DNA of 64,000 nt from an uncultured Mycoplasmatota bacterium (GTDB lineage: Bacteria; Bacillota_I; Bacilli_A; RF39; UBA660), in contig URNW01000001.1 of assembly GCA_900549285.1 (NCBI GenBank), forward strand, positions 32,252 through 96,251, written 5' to 3'. This document shows positions 1 through 7,944 of the stretch, one piece after another. The notes under the pieces are model-generated. The model searched no databases. It was not told where the DNA came from and worked only from the letters and a program-made list of their open reading frames with translations. Position 1 is the stretch's first letter, and each line of letters opens with the position of its first letter. Both the position numbers and the translations under genes were made by a program.

Positions 1-1356
1 GAACTATTTTCTTTATTTTTAGAGCACATATTCAAACTCCCTTTAAAATTTATTCAAAATCGTACAACAGGAGAAATAGTAACAAGAATAGATGAATTAA
101 GTGATACTAAAAACTTATTTTCGGAAATATTTTCTACATTGATTTTAAATACGATTTTGATATTAGGTGCGATAGTAACACTATTTTTAATAAATAGTAA
201 ATTGTTTTTTCTTCTTTGTTTAGTAATTTTTATTTATTTAATAGTAGGGCTTTTATTTAGCAAAATAATCTATCACAAAGTAAAAGAAAATATAGAAGCA
301 ACAACGAATTTTAACACAACATTAATAGAAAATGTAGACATGAATTTTAGTATAAAAAATTTAAATTTAATTCGAGAATTTATATATCGAATTGAAAATA
401 AATTGATACTAATGTTAAAGAGTAATTTTTCTTTTATTAATATTTTAAATGTAATTGAATTAATGAAAAATTTTATTTATGAAATTGGCTTGTTTATTAT
501 TACAACTTTAGGAGTTTATTTAATTTACAAGGGAGAACTAGAACTATTAAGTTTAGTAACTTTTAATAGTGTTATTCTCTATTTATTTAATCCTGTAAAG
601 GAGTTAGTCAATTTAGTACCAAAATATAATTATTTAAAAGCCTCTTTCAGTAAATTAAGTGAATTTTTAGCAGTAGAAATAGAAAAAGAACAAGGCGGTT
701 TAAAACGAATAGTAGAGCCTACTATTACCGTAAAAGATTTAACTTATTCATATGATTTATTTAATAAAATAATTAATAAAGTGAATTTTACTATAAAGAG
801 CAAAGAAAAAGTTTTGTTAAGTGGTCCATCAGGAAGTGGTAAAAGTACCATATGCAAACTGATTTATCGAAGTTTAGGCACTTATTCTGGAAATATAGAA
901 TTTAATAATACGAGTGAATGTGATTATAGTTTAAAAGCTATCAGAGAAAATATCCTATATGTAGGCCAAAACGAAAAGCTTTTTACAGGAACAATTCGAG
1001 AAAATATTATATGTTTTAGAAATATTTCAGATGAAAAGTTTAAACAAGTATGTAAAATTTGCAAATTAGAAGAAATCATAAATAAAAGGCCAAATCGGTA
1101 TAATACAATTATAAATGCTTCTCTAAATAATTTAAGTGGAGGAGAAAAACAAAGGATTATTCTAGCAAGAGCATTGCTTAAAAAAGCTAAAGTAATTATT
1201 TTAGATGAAGCATTAAGTGAAGTGAATGTTAATATGGAAAAAGAGATCTTGGATAATATTTTTAAATATTTTAATAATCATACTATAATTTATGTTACAC
1301 ATAAAAATGTAGAAGATAAATTTACTAAAATTATTCGCTTAGGAGAAACATGTTAG
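1..1356 (+). CDS. Peptide/bacteriocin-export ABC transporter (TMD + NBD). 5'-partial: the reading frame is open from the window start, so any N-terminal C39 peptidase domain would be upstream.
   Basis: Frame 1 is open from nt 1 into the ORF called at 139. Hydrophobic TM segments are followed by Walker A (GPSGSGKST), ABC signature (LSGGEKQRIILARALL), Walker B (IILDEAL) and H-loop (VTHK). Position immediately upstream of the GG-leader peptides. Confidence 0.8.
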   Translation, partial: ELFSLFLEHIFKLPLKFIQNRTTGEIVTRIDELSDTKNLFSEIFSTLILNTILILGAIVTLFLINSKLFFLLCLVIFIYLIVGLLFSKIIYHKVKENIEATTNFNTTLIENVDMNFSIKNLNLIREFIYRIENKLILMLKSNFSFINILNVIELMKNFIYEIGLFIITTLGVYLIYKGELELLSLVTFNSVILYLFNPVKELVNLVPKYNYLKASFSKLSEFLAVEIEKEQGGLKRIVEPTITVKDLTYSYDLFNKIINKVNFTIKSKEKVLLSGPSGSGKSTICKLIYRSLGTYSGNIEFNNTSECDYSLKAIRENILYVGQNEKLFTGTIRENIICFRNISDEKFKQVCKICKLEEIINKRPNRYNTIINASLNNLSGGEKQRIILARALLKKAKVIILDEALSEVNVNMEKEILDNIFKYFNNHTIIYVTHKNVEDKFTKIIRLGETC

Positions 1357-1760
1357 ATATTTTTAATAATAAAGTTGCTTTCTTGAAAATAAAGCCTAGA
1401 ATAGGATTTTTAGTAGTAATCTTAATGCTAATTGCTTTATTGTTTTTACTAATTTTCATGTATAAAGTAAAAGTCTATGATCACTATCAAACCAAAGGAG
1501 TGGCTAATTGTACAGATACTTGTACAATTACTACTGCTATACCAACCAATTTAAATTTTGCTTTACTTGCAATCAATAATAGAACATCAACATATGAAAT
1601 CATCAAAAAAGAGTTAAAAGTAGATAACAAAAGCTATGAAACATACTATGAAATAGTTTTATCTGTATCTAATGACTTTCATAATAATGAAGTAGTTAAT
1701 TTAAATTTCTATTATAATAAACAAAGAATAATAACTAAAATAAAAAATAAAATGTTTTAA
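1350..1760 (+). CDS. Putative bacteriocin secretion accessory protein. Short, with a single N-terminal TM, HlyD/LcnD-like N-terminus only.
   Basis: ATG overlaps the transporter stop (ATGTTAG). Single TM helix after a charged N-terminus. Only 136 aa, versus about 450 aa for canonical accessory proteins. Confidence 0.35.
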   Translation: MLDIFNNKVAFLKIKPRIGFLVVILMLIALLFLLIFMYKVKVYDHYQTKGVANCTDTCTITTAIPTNLNFALLAINNRTSTYEIIKKELKVDNKSYETYYEIVLSVSNDFHNNEVVNLNFYYNKQRIITKIKNKMF

Positions 1761-1774
1761 AAAAGGAGGAACTT

Positions 1775-1906
1775 ATGAAAAGAATGGAAAATAAAGAATT
1801 AATAAATTGTAGTGGAGGAGGACTTTTTAGTGTTGTTGCCAATTTAATATCTAGTGTGATTTCATTAGTAAAAGCTATTTGTTCCTTGAAGAATTTAAGA
1901 GGCTAA
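1775..1906 (+). CDS. Double-glycine-leader peptide 1. 43-aa class II bacteriocin-like precursor.
   Basis: Not in the ORF track. RBS AAAGGAGGA at 1762-1770, then ATG at 1775. Translation MKRMENKELINCSGGG|LFSVVANLISSVISLVKAICSLKNLRG. The leader is ELxxxxGG-like, followed by an amphipathic hydrophobic core. Confidence 0.6.
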   Translation: MKRMENKELINCSGGGLFSVVANLISSVISLVKAICSLKNLRG

Positions 1907-1907
1907 A

Positions 1908-2045
1908 ATGAAATATTTAAAAGAGAACGAATTAAACAATATAAACGGCGGTATTTCGGCAATAGGAATACTAGGAGGAATAGCGATTGCTATAACTTTC
2001 ATAGCATCAGTAGTATATGGATATTTTAATCCAAAGGAGAGCTAA
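1908..2045 (+). CDS. Double-glycine-leader peptide 2. 45-aa precursor whose mature part is GxxxG-rich, like class IIb two-peptide bacteriocins.
   Basis: Not in the ORF track. Translation MKYLKENELNNINGG|ISAIGILGGIAIAITFIASVVYGYFNPKES. The leader is a perfect ELxxIxGG consensus. The mature peptide has a GxxxG-like motif (GILGG). Confidence 0.7.
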   Translation: MKYLKENELNNINGGISAIGILGGIAIAITFIASVVYGYFNPKES

Positions 2046-2046
2046 C

Positions 2047-2190
2047 ATGAAAATAAATGATCACGAATTAATTAAAATTTATGGTGGAGCCATTAATGGA
2101 ACATTAATAAATGCGTTTGCGAGATTATTAGATTTGGCAATTGAAATAGGAAAAATGATTGGCTATTCCCTTCAACGTTTAATAAAATAA
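2047..2190 (+). CDS. Double-glycine-leader peptide 3. 47-aa bacteriocin or peptide-pheromone precursor.
   Basis: Not in the ORF track. Translation MKINDHELIKIYGG|AINGTLINAFARLLDLAIEIGKMIGYSLQRLIK. The leader matches ELxxIxGG. The mature part is an amphipathic cationic helix. Confidence 0.65.
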   Translation: MKINDHELIKIYGGAINGTLINAFARLLDLAIEIGKMIGYSLQRLIK

Positions 2191-2250
2191 TCAAAAAAGG
2201 GTTTTTATTAAAACTCTTTTTTGATATAATAAATTATATGGTGATTATAC

Positions 2251-2460
2251 ATGAATAAAAAAGGATTTGCAGCTACATATATGGTGTACTCTTTATTTTT
2301 AATTTTCATTTTAATGATGATAACTGTATTATTAGTCAATAATTATAAAAGTGATTTTTTAAATGCTTTAAAAAAGGATATTAAAGAAGACTTAAAAGAA
2401 GAAAAATTAGAAGTAAAAGAAGAAATAATACCAGAAATAGGAGAAAATAGTGTGAATTAA
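2251..2460 (+). CDS. Small membrane protein, possibly a bacteriocin immunity protein.
   Basis: 69 aa with a hydrophobic N-terminal TM helix and a charged Lys/Glu-rich tail. Sits directly after the peptide genes. Confidence 0.4.
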   Translation: MNKKGFAATYMVYSLFLIFILMMITVLLVNNYKSDFLNALKKDIKEDLKEEKLEVKEEIIPEIGENSVN

Positions 2461-2472
2461 CACTTAAAAAAC

Positions 2473-2501
2473 TTGCTTATCATGTTCTTTGGTGATATAA
2501 T
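2473..2501 (+). promoter_or_regulatory. Sigma-A-type promoter for rpsU-yqeY.
   Basis: TTGCTT, 17-nt spacer, TATAAT, with an upstream TG (extended -10). Followed by the RBS GAAGGGAGGGA before the 2534 ATG. Confidence 0.5.
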
Positions 2502-2533
2502 CATTTGTAGTAAATGAAGGGAGGGATTTGTAA

Positions 2534-2719
2534 ATGACAAAAGTAGTAGTAAAAAATGGAGATGTTGATGGCGCATTAAAAAAGTTTAAAACAAAAGTTG
2601 CCCGCAGCGGTGTCCCTTCAGAGTTAAAGAAAAGAAAACATTATGAAAAACCAGGCGTTCGTAGAAGAAATGAAAAAAAAGAACAAATAAAAAATGCAAG
2701 AAAGCATAGAAATTATTAA
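2534..2719 (+). CDS. rpsU: 30S ribosomal protein S21.
   Basis: 61 aa, very basic, with a typical S21 sequence (MTKVVVKNGD...RKHYEKPGVRRRNEKK). Confidence 0.9.
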   Translation: MTKVVVKNGDVDGALKKFKTKVARSGVPSELKKRKHYEKPGVRRRNEKKEQIKNARKHRNY

Positions 2720-2728
2720 GGTGATCAT

Positions 2729-3163
2729 ATGAATAATAAAATTGCTGAAGATTTAAAAATAGCTATGAAAAATGGTGATAAATTCAAGCTATCAGTTCTA
2801 AGAATGTTAAAAAGTGCTTTACAATTAGATTCTATAAGTAAAAAACATGATCTTAATGATGATGAAGTAATGGCTGTAATTAAAAAGCAAGTAAAAACTC
2901 GTAAAGATTCTATAGAAGAATTTAAAAAATATGGAAAAGACACAGAAATAACTAAATTAGAGCAAGAGATAGAAATTTTAAATGCTTATTTACCAGAAGA
3001 AATGACAGAAGAAGAAATTAATAAAGTCATTGATGAAGTATTTAACAAATTAAATCCTACAGGGATGAAAGATATGGGCGGAGTAATGAAAGAATTAAAT
3101 ACCAAAATTACCAATGCTGATATGTCGCTAGTAAGTAGGATGGTAAAGGAAAGACTAAGTTAG
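2729..3163 (+). CDS. yqeY: GatB/YqeY domain protein.
   Basis: The conserved rpsU-yqeY arrangement of Firmicutes. 144 aa, helical and acidic. Confidence 0.8.
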   Translation: MNNKIAEDLKIAMKNGDKFKLSVLRMLKSALQLDSISKKHDLNDDEVMAVIKKQVKTRKDSIEEFKKYGKDTEITKLEQEIEILNAYLPEEMTEEEINKVIDEVFNKLNPTGMKDMGGVMKELNTKITNADMSLVSRMVKERLS

Positions 3164-3261
3164 TCTTTTTTGTTTAAAAATATTAGAACCACAATAAAGG
3201 GTTAAAAGTTTGAAATTTTATATAAAAATTTCATTTAGGTATTTAAAGAATAATTTTTTTC

Positions 3262-3290
3262 TTGACAAATTCATATAATAAAGATATAAT
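3262..3290 (+). promoter_or_regulatory. Promoter of the infC-rpmI-rplT operon.
   Basis: TTGACA at 3262-3267, 17-nt spacer, TATAAT at 3285-3290. Confidence 0.5.
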
Positions 3291-3449
3291 GTTATAGAAA
3301 TTGAAAAAGGAAAGCGAATTTTATTCCACCTGATGAATAAAGGTTCATAGGTAAAAAGCCATAATAGTTTAATATTAATGAGTTTTTTAAGGTGGAATAG
3401 TATTATTCTACCTTTTTAAATTATATGGAGGTGCGTAAGTATAGCAAGT
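3291..3449 (+). ncRNA. L20-leader-like autoregulatory leader/attenuator of infC-rpmI-rplT.
   Basis: About 160-nt untranslated leader. Long-range complement ATTCCACCT (about 3322) with AGGTGGAAT (about 3391). Hairpin GGTGGAATAGtattATTCTACC followed by TTTTT (about 3391-3418), i.e. a terminator/attenuator just upstream of the infC RBS. Matches the known L20-mediated attenuation architecture in Firmicutes. Confidence 0.5.
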
Positions 3450-3965
3450 GTGAATAAAGAGTTACCAATTAATGAGCAAATCAAAGTAGAAGAACTAATG
3501 GTAATAGGTCCAAATGGAGAACAAATGGGACTAAAAAAAATAGAAGATGCTCTAACTTTATCAAGATATGCGGGTTTAGATTTAGTTTTAATGAATGATA
3601 GTGGCAAAATGGCTGTAGGTAAAATTATGGACTACAATAAATACCGCTATGAACGTCAAAAAAAATTAAAAGAAGCCCAAAAAAAACAAAGAGAAACTAA
3701 TAAAGAATTAAAAGAATATCGTTTATCTACTACAATAGATGTTCACGATTTTGAAACTCGTGTTAGAAATGCAAAAGAGTATTTAATAAAAGGGCATAGA
3801 ATTAAAGCATTTATTCGCTTTAAAGGTCGTCAAATGGCAAGACCTGAATTAGGACGTGATGTTTTACTAAGATTTGCTGAAAGTTTAAGTGATGTTTCAA
3901 GTATAGAGGCAGAACCTAAATTAGATGGTAGACAAATGTTTATGCTATTAGCACCCAAAAAATAG
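3450..3965 (+). CDS. infC: Translation initiation factor IF-3.
   Basis: IF3 N- and C-domain sequence (EQIKVEELMVIGPNGEQMGL..., ...GRQMARPELG...). GTG at 3450. An in-frame ATA at 3441 sits 7 nt after the GGAGGTG RBS and is an alternative atypical start. Confidence 0.9.
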   Translation: MNKELPINEQIKVEELMVIGPNGEQMGLKKIEDALTLSRYAGLDLVLMNDSGKMAVGKIMDYNKYRYERQKKLKEAQKKQRETNKELKEYRLSTTIDVHDFETRVRNAKEYLIKGHRIKAFIRFKGRQMARPELGRDVLLRFAESLSDVSSIEAEPKLDGRQMFMLLAPKK

Positions 3966-3979
3966 TAGGAGGATATATT

Positions 3980-4174
3980 ATGGCAAAGTGCAAACAAAAA
4001 ACACATAAAGCAAGCAGCAAGGTTTTAACAAAGAAAAAGAATGGAACTTTAACTTACAAAAAATCAAACGGAAATCATAAGACAAACAAAGATTCAGCAA
4101 AACAAGTACGCCAAAGAAGAAATAAAGGTATTTTAGGAAAAGGAGAAGCTAGCAGATTAAAATCTGTTATCTAA
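3980..4174 (+). CDS. rpmI: 50S ribosomal protein L35.
   Basis: 64 aa, highly basic, placed between infC and rplT. Confidence 0.85.
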   Translation: MAKCKQKTHKASSKVLTKKKNGTLTYKKSNGNHKTNKDSAKQVRQRRNKGILGKGEASRLKSVI

Positions 4175-4186
4175 GGAGGTTAAAAA

Positions 4187-4717
4187 ATGACAAGAGTTAA
4201 AGGTGGAAGTGTTTCCAAAACAAGAAGAAGAAAAGTTTTAAAAGAAGCAAAAGGATATTTTGGAAGCAAACATAGATTATATAAAACAGCACAAGAGCAA
4301 GTTTTCCATAGTGGAGCATATGCTTTTAGAGACAGAAAACAAAACAAACGTAATTTTAGAAAATTATGGATTACAAGAATTAATGCAGCTTGTCGTGAAA
4401 ATGAAATCAGTTATTCTAAATTCATGAATGGATTATCTAAAGCTGGAATTGAAATCAATCGTAAGATGTTAAGTGAAATGGCTATTGATAATTCTAATGC
4501 ATTTGCTGAATTAGTTAAAATTTCTAAAGATGCCTTAAATGGTAAAATGCCTGTTAAAAAAGCAGAATCAAAAAAAGAACCAAAAGTTGAAGTTCAAAAT
4601 CAAACAAAAGATTATAGTAAAATGACCTTATCAGAACTTAAAGCAATAGCTAAAGAAAAAGGAATTAAAGGTTATTCTACAATGAAAAAAGAAGAATTAA
4701 TTACAAGTTTAAATTAA
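4187..4717 (+). CDS. rplT: 50S ribosomal protein L20 with an approximately 55-aa C-terminal Rho_N/SAP-like extension.
   Basis: Residues 1-120 are canonical L20. The C-terminal tail has a Lys-rich linker, then [28 protein letters not shown], which matches the Rho N-terminal-domain (Rho_N) motif. Confidence 0.9.
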   Translation: MTRVKGGSVSKTRRRKVLKEAKGYFGSKHRLYKTAQEQVFHSGAYAFRDRKQNKRNFRKLWITRINAACRENEISYSKFMNGLSKAGIEINRKMLSEMAIDNSNAFAELVKISKDALNGKMPVKKAESKKEPKVEVQNQTKDYSKMTLSELKAIAKEKGIKGYSTMKKEELITSLN

Positions 4718-4740
4718 AAGAGCCCTAAAGCTCTTTTTTG
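4717..4740 (+). terminator. Rho-independent terminator after rplT.
   Basis: AAAGAGC-cctaaa-GCTCTTT followed by TTTTT. Confidence 0.6.
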
Positions 4741-4766
4741 TTATAAATGAAAGTGATGATTCTAAA

Positions 4767-6119
4767 TCACATAAATTTATTAAATTTTTCAATAAAAGAA
4801 AATAGCCACTGATCAGTTAAAGAAATGGAAGTAATAGAAACACATTCTTTTGTCGAATGAGCATTTAATATTTTAGAAGAAATAATAGCAACTTGTAAAT
4901 CTTTCATTTTTTCTTGAAAAAAGCCTACTTCAACAGTTATATGAGCTAATGTAACATTAGGCACCTTAGAATATGGAGAAGAATCTTGAAGAAGTTTAAC
5001 GAATGAAGAATTTGCATCAGAATAAAAGCCTGGTTGATATCCGATAATTTGCAGTGTAAAATTATAACATTCTGCATAGGCTTTTAGTTTTTCTAATGTG
5101 ATATTAGCTTCATTCTCTCTAGAACTTCTAAGTCCAATCTCTAATCTTTGATCGTGAATTACGCCTAAATTTAATGAAGTTGTAACTAATTTTTTTTCGT
5201 TAAAATAAAGAGCTTTACTAGGGAATTTTACTAAAAAATCTAATAGTAAAGAGGAATTGCTATAATAATGAGAATGAAAATCAATTTCATGAAATGTAAC
5301 TGCTAAATTAGGATATTTTTTTTGATATTTATCTAGAAAAGATGATATTTTTGATAGAATAATACTTTCATCACTATTAATAATAGCTTCTGCTTTTGAA
5401 GGAAAAACATTATTTTTAGTACCACCATCAATACAAATTACTTCTCCATCTATGCTTTTGAGTAATTCTGCCATTAATAAAATAGCATTACCACGTTTTT
5501 TATTGATATCATATCCCGAATGTCCTCCAAGTAGGCCACTTAAAAAAATAAAATAAGAGTGTTCATATTGTCCTTTTTTAGTCTTTCGTTCCTTCGGTTC
5601 TATAAAAAGATCATAATAGGCTGCTGATTCAGTTAAAATTGTATTTTCTTCAAATCCATCTAAATTAAGTAAATATTTTCCACTTAAAAGTGTTGAATCA
5701 AGATGAATAGCACCATCCATAGTTGTTTCTTCACTAGTAGTAAAAACAGCTTCAATATTACAAGGAAAATCGCTATCTAAAACGTTCAGAATTTGAGCTA
5801 CTCCAATACCATTATCAGCTCCAAGAGTAGTATTAATAGCAGATAAATAATCATCTATTTCTTGAATTTGAATAGGCATTTTATCAAAATCAAAATTTGC
5901 TATATCACTTACACACACCATATCCGTATGAGCCTGTAAAATGAGGCAAGGAAAACGCTTATCTACTTTCTTAATGATCACATTATGATATTCATCTTCA
6001 AAATAAAATAAATTTCTTTCTTTAGCAAATCTAACTAAATATTTAGCAATATTTGCTTCGTTGCCAGATTCACGAGGAATCTTCGCTATTTCTTTAAAAA
6101 AATGAAGGGTTTTATTCAT
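4767..6119 (-). CDS. pepD: Aminoacyl-histidine dipeptidase (M20C, PepD-like).
   Basis: 450 aa. M20 motifs (HTDMV, GADNGIGV, TTSEETTMDGA). Confidence 0.8.
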   Translation of the reverse strand: MNKTLHFFKEIAKIPRESGNEANIAKYLVRFAKERNLFYFEDEYHNVIIKKVDKRFPCLILQAHTDMVCVSDIANFDFDKMPIQIQEIDDYLSAINTTLGADNGIGVAQILNVLDSDFPCNIEAVFTTSEETTMDGAIHLDSTLLSGKYLLNLDGFEENTILTESAAYYDLFIEPKERKTKKGQYEHSYFIFLSGLLGGHSGYDINKKRGNAILLMAELLKSIDGEVICIDGGTKNNVFPSKAEAIINSDESIILSKISSFLDKYQKKYPNLAVTFHEIDFHSHYYSNSSLLLDFLVKFPSKALYFNEKKLVTTSLNLGVIHDQRLEIGLRSSRENEANITLEKLKAYAECYNFTLQIIGYQPGFYSDANSSFVKLLQDSSPYSKVPNVTLAHITVEVGFFQEKMKDLQVAIISSKILNAHSTKECVSITSISLTDQWLFSFIEKFNKFM

Positions 6120-7065
6120 GGATTCTCACTCTTCCTTTTCTTCTAGAAGGGCTTCGATCATTTCCTAATTCAGTGCCGTTAGGTTTTATAATAACATCAT
6201 CTATATCAATATCTTTATTTTCAAGTTCATAAAAAGCAACTAAATTTTGGTCATCAAAATTATAAACTCCTGGCTTTATTTCCTTATCTTGTAAATGATA
6301 TTTTATATTTTCTAATAATCCTAGAAATAGTGGTTCTGTATTTTGAAATTCAAAAGGAATAACTCTACTTGTGCAAGGTTTATCATCAAAATAAAACTTA
6401 ATTACAAAAGTAGGAGCTTCCAATAATTCTTCATCTTTTGTTAAAGTATAATATCCAACAATCTTACCATGAATCTTAGCATTTAGAGTATCTCTCAAAT
6501 ATTTAGCTCCACCTTTTGCTCCATTAATACTCATATAGTTACGGCAATCTGCTACAAAAATAACATCAAAATGCGGTAAAATAGATTGATACTTTACTAA
6601 AGCTTCTAACACAATTTCATAAATATGTTTGCCTATATTTTTAATGCTATTATTTTGCTTTACTAAAATTCCTGTAACTTCAAAGAAATTTCGATCAGGA
6701 ATAGGATAATAAGGATTTGTATATTGGGAATTATTTTGATAATATTTAATGGTTGCAGCCCCTAAGATATCCAAAAATCCGTCTATTTCTTGATACGCAA
6801 GAATGATAGGGTATTTCATGTAGTTATCTAATATTGTTTTGACATCAGGAATATGAATAAAATCTGCATTACCTAGCCAATTTTCATCATAAAAATTACT
6901 GATTTTCCCAATGATATCTATTAAAGAATTAATATTTTGAAATCGTTCTTCGCATTGCAAAACACAAAAATGTACTTGATCATGATATTTTTTACTAATT
7001 CGTACACATTCTTGAGTAAATAATTGATAACAATTCATAGATTTTTTAAAAAATTTTTCATTCAT
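6112..7065 (-). CDS. Hypothetical protein, co-transcribed with pepD.
   Basis: 8-nt overlap with pepD. The likely start is the ATG at 7065, preceded by GGAGGAG, rather than the track start at 7125. Confidence 0.5.
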   Translation of the reverse strand: MNEKFFKKSMNCYQLFTQECVRISKKYHDQVHFCVLQCEERFQNINSLIDIIGKISNFYDENWLGNADFIHIPDVKTILDNYMKYPIILAYQEIDGFLDILGAATIKYYQNNSQYTNPYYPIPDRNFFEVTGILVKQNNSIKNIGKHIYEIVLEALVKYQSILPHFDVIFVADCRNYMSINGAKGGAKYLRDTLNAKIHGKIVGYYTLTKDEELLEAPTFVIKFYFDDKPCTSRVIPFEFQNTEPLFLGLLENIKYHLQDKEIKPGVYNFDDQNLVAFYELENKDIDIDDVIIKPNGTELGNDRSPSRRKGRVRIHE

Positions 7066-7413
7066 TTTTTTCTCCTCCATTTTATAAGGTATAAAAAAAC
7101 CATGGCAATTTACTTGAGAACGCAAAAAGCCATGGTAAAAACCATATTTCTTGATAAGCGCTCCGTATTTTCATACGACAGTGAATTATATATTCTATAA
7201 TCCCCCAGAAAAGAAAACGGCAGATACATTTTCTTAACTTCGGCAATTTTTCCTTTCATAATTTAGCAATAATCTGCATACCTAAATTCCTACTAATAAA
7301 AATTGCAACCTCTTTCAAGTGGTTTTAATTGTACCATTATTTAATTCAAATGTCAAACACTCTTTTTTTTTAGAAAAAATAATGATATAATTATTCCATT
7401 GTGTGGTGATAAA

Positions 7414-7944
7414 ATGAAAATATATTTAGTTGCGGGAAAATCTGGTTCTGGAAAAGGAGAAGTAGCCAAAATTATAAATGAGTATTATTTATCTTTAAAT
7501 CAAAAGCCCATTATAACGAGTTTTAGTAAATATATTAAAATGTATGCTAAAGAAATAATTGGTTGGGATGGAAATGAACCTAAACCACGTAAATTTTTAC
7601 AAGATTTAGGAGTAACGATAAAAGAAAATATGGACATGCCTTTGTTTTTTGTAAATAGAATGATCGAAGATATTAAGATATACTCTTTATATCGAGATGT
7701 AGTAATTATAAATGATGTAAGACTACCAATAGAAATAGACGAATTAAAAAAGACTTTTAATAATGTTTATTCTATGTATGTTATAAATCAGTTTGCACCA
7801 AGCAAATTATCAATAGAAGAACAAATGCATATTACAGAAACCGCCTTAGAGAATTATAGCAACTTTGATATTACAATCGTAAATGATACTATTGAAAAGC
7901 TAGATAATCGCGTAATTAATTTTATAGAAGGAGTAGAAAAATGA
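7414..7944 (+). CDS. P-loop nucleoside/nucleotide kinase-like protein.
   Basis: Walker A AGKSGSGKG near the N-terminus. 4-nt overlap with alaS. The likely start is the ATG at 7414. Confidence 0.55.
   Translation: MKIYLVAGKSGSGKGEVAKIINEYYLSLNQKPIITSFSKYIKMYAKEIIGWDGNEPKPRKFLQDLGVTIKENMDMPLFFVNRMIEDIKIYSLYRDVVIINDVRLPIEIDELKKTFNNVYSMYVINQFAPSKLSIEEQMHITETALENYSNFDITIVNDTIEKLDNRVINFIEGVEK

Noticed and set aside
2725-2943. Antisense ORF (72 aa) inside the yqeY gene, and similar antisense or overlapping ORFs (3416-3607, 10420-10632, 11762-11977, 13135-13368, 14217-14854, 17578-17763, 19958-20413, 25009-25197, 28870-29058, 30975-31277, 32989-33174, 39409-41127, 43570-45007, 46455-46652, 52257-52800, 54193-55490, 56679-57182, 57529-57762, 58273-58572).
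   Set aside because: Each lies within a well-supported gene on the opposite strand or in another frame. All are low-complexity translations of AT-rich sequence with no RBS or motif support. Treated as spurious.
7126-7413. Looked for a T-box riboswitch upstream of the kinase-alaS operon.
   Set aside because: No GGGTGGNACCG-like T-box sequence or specifier architecture found. Only an inverted repeat and short direct repeats. Reported as an uncharacterised leader instead.
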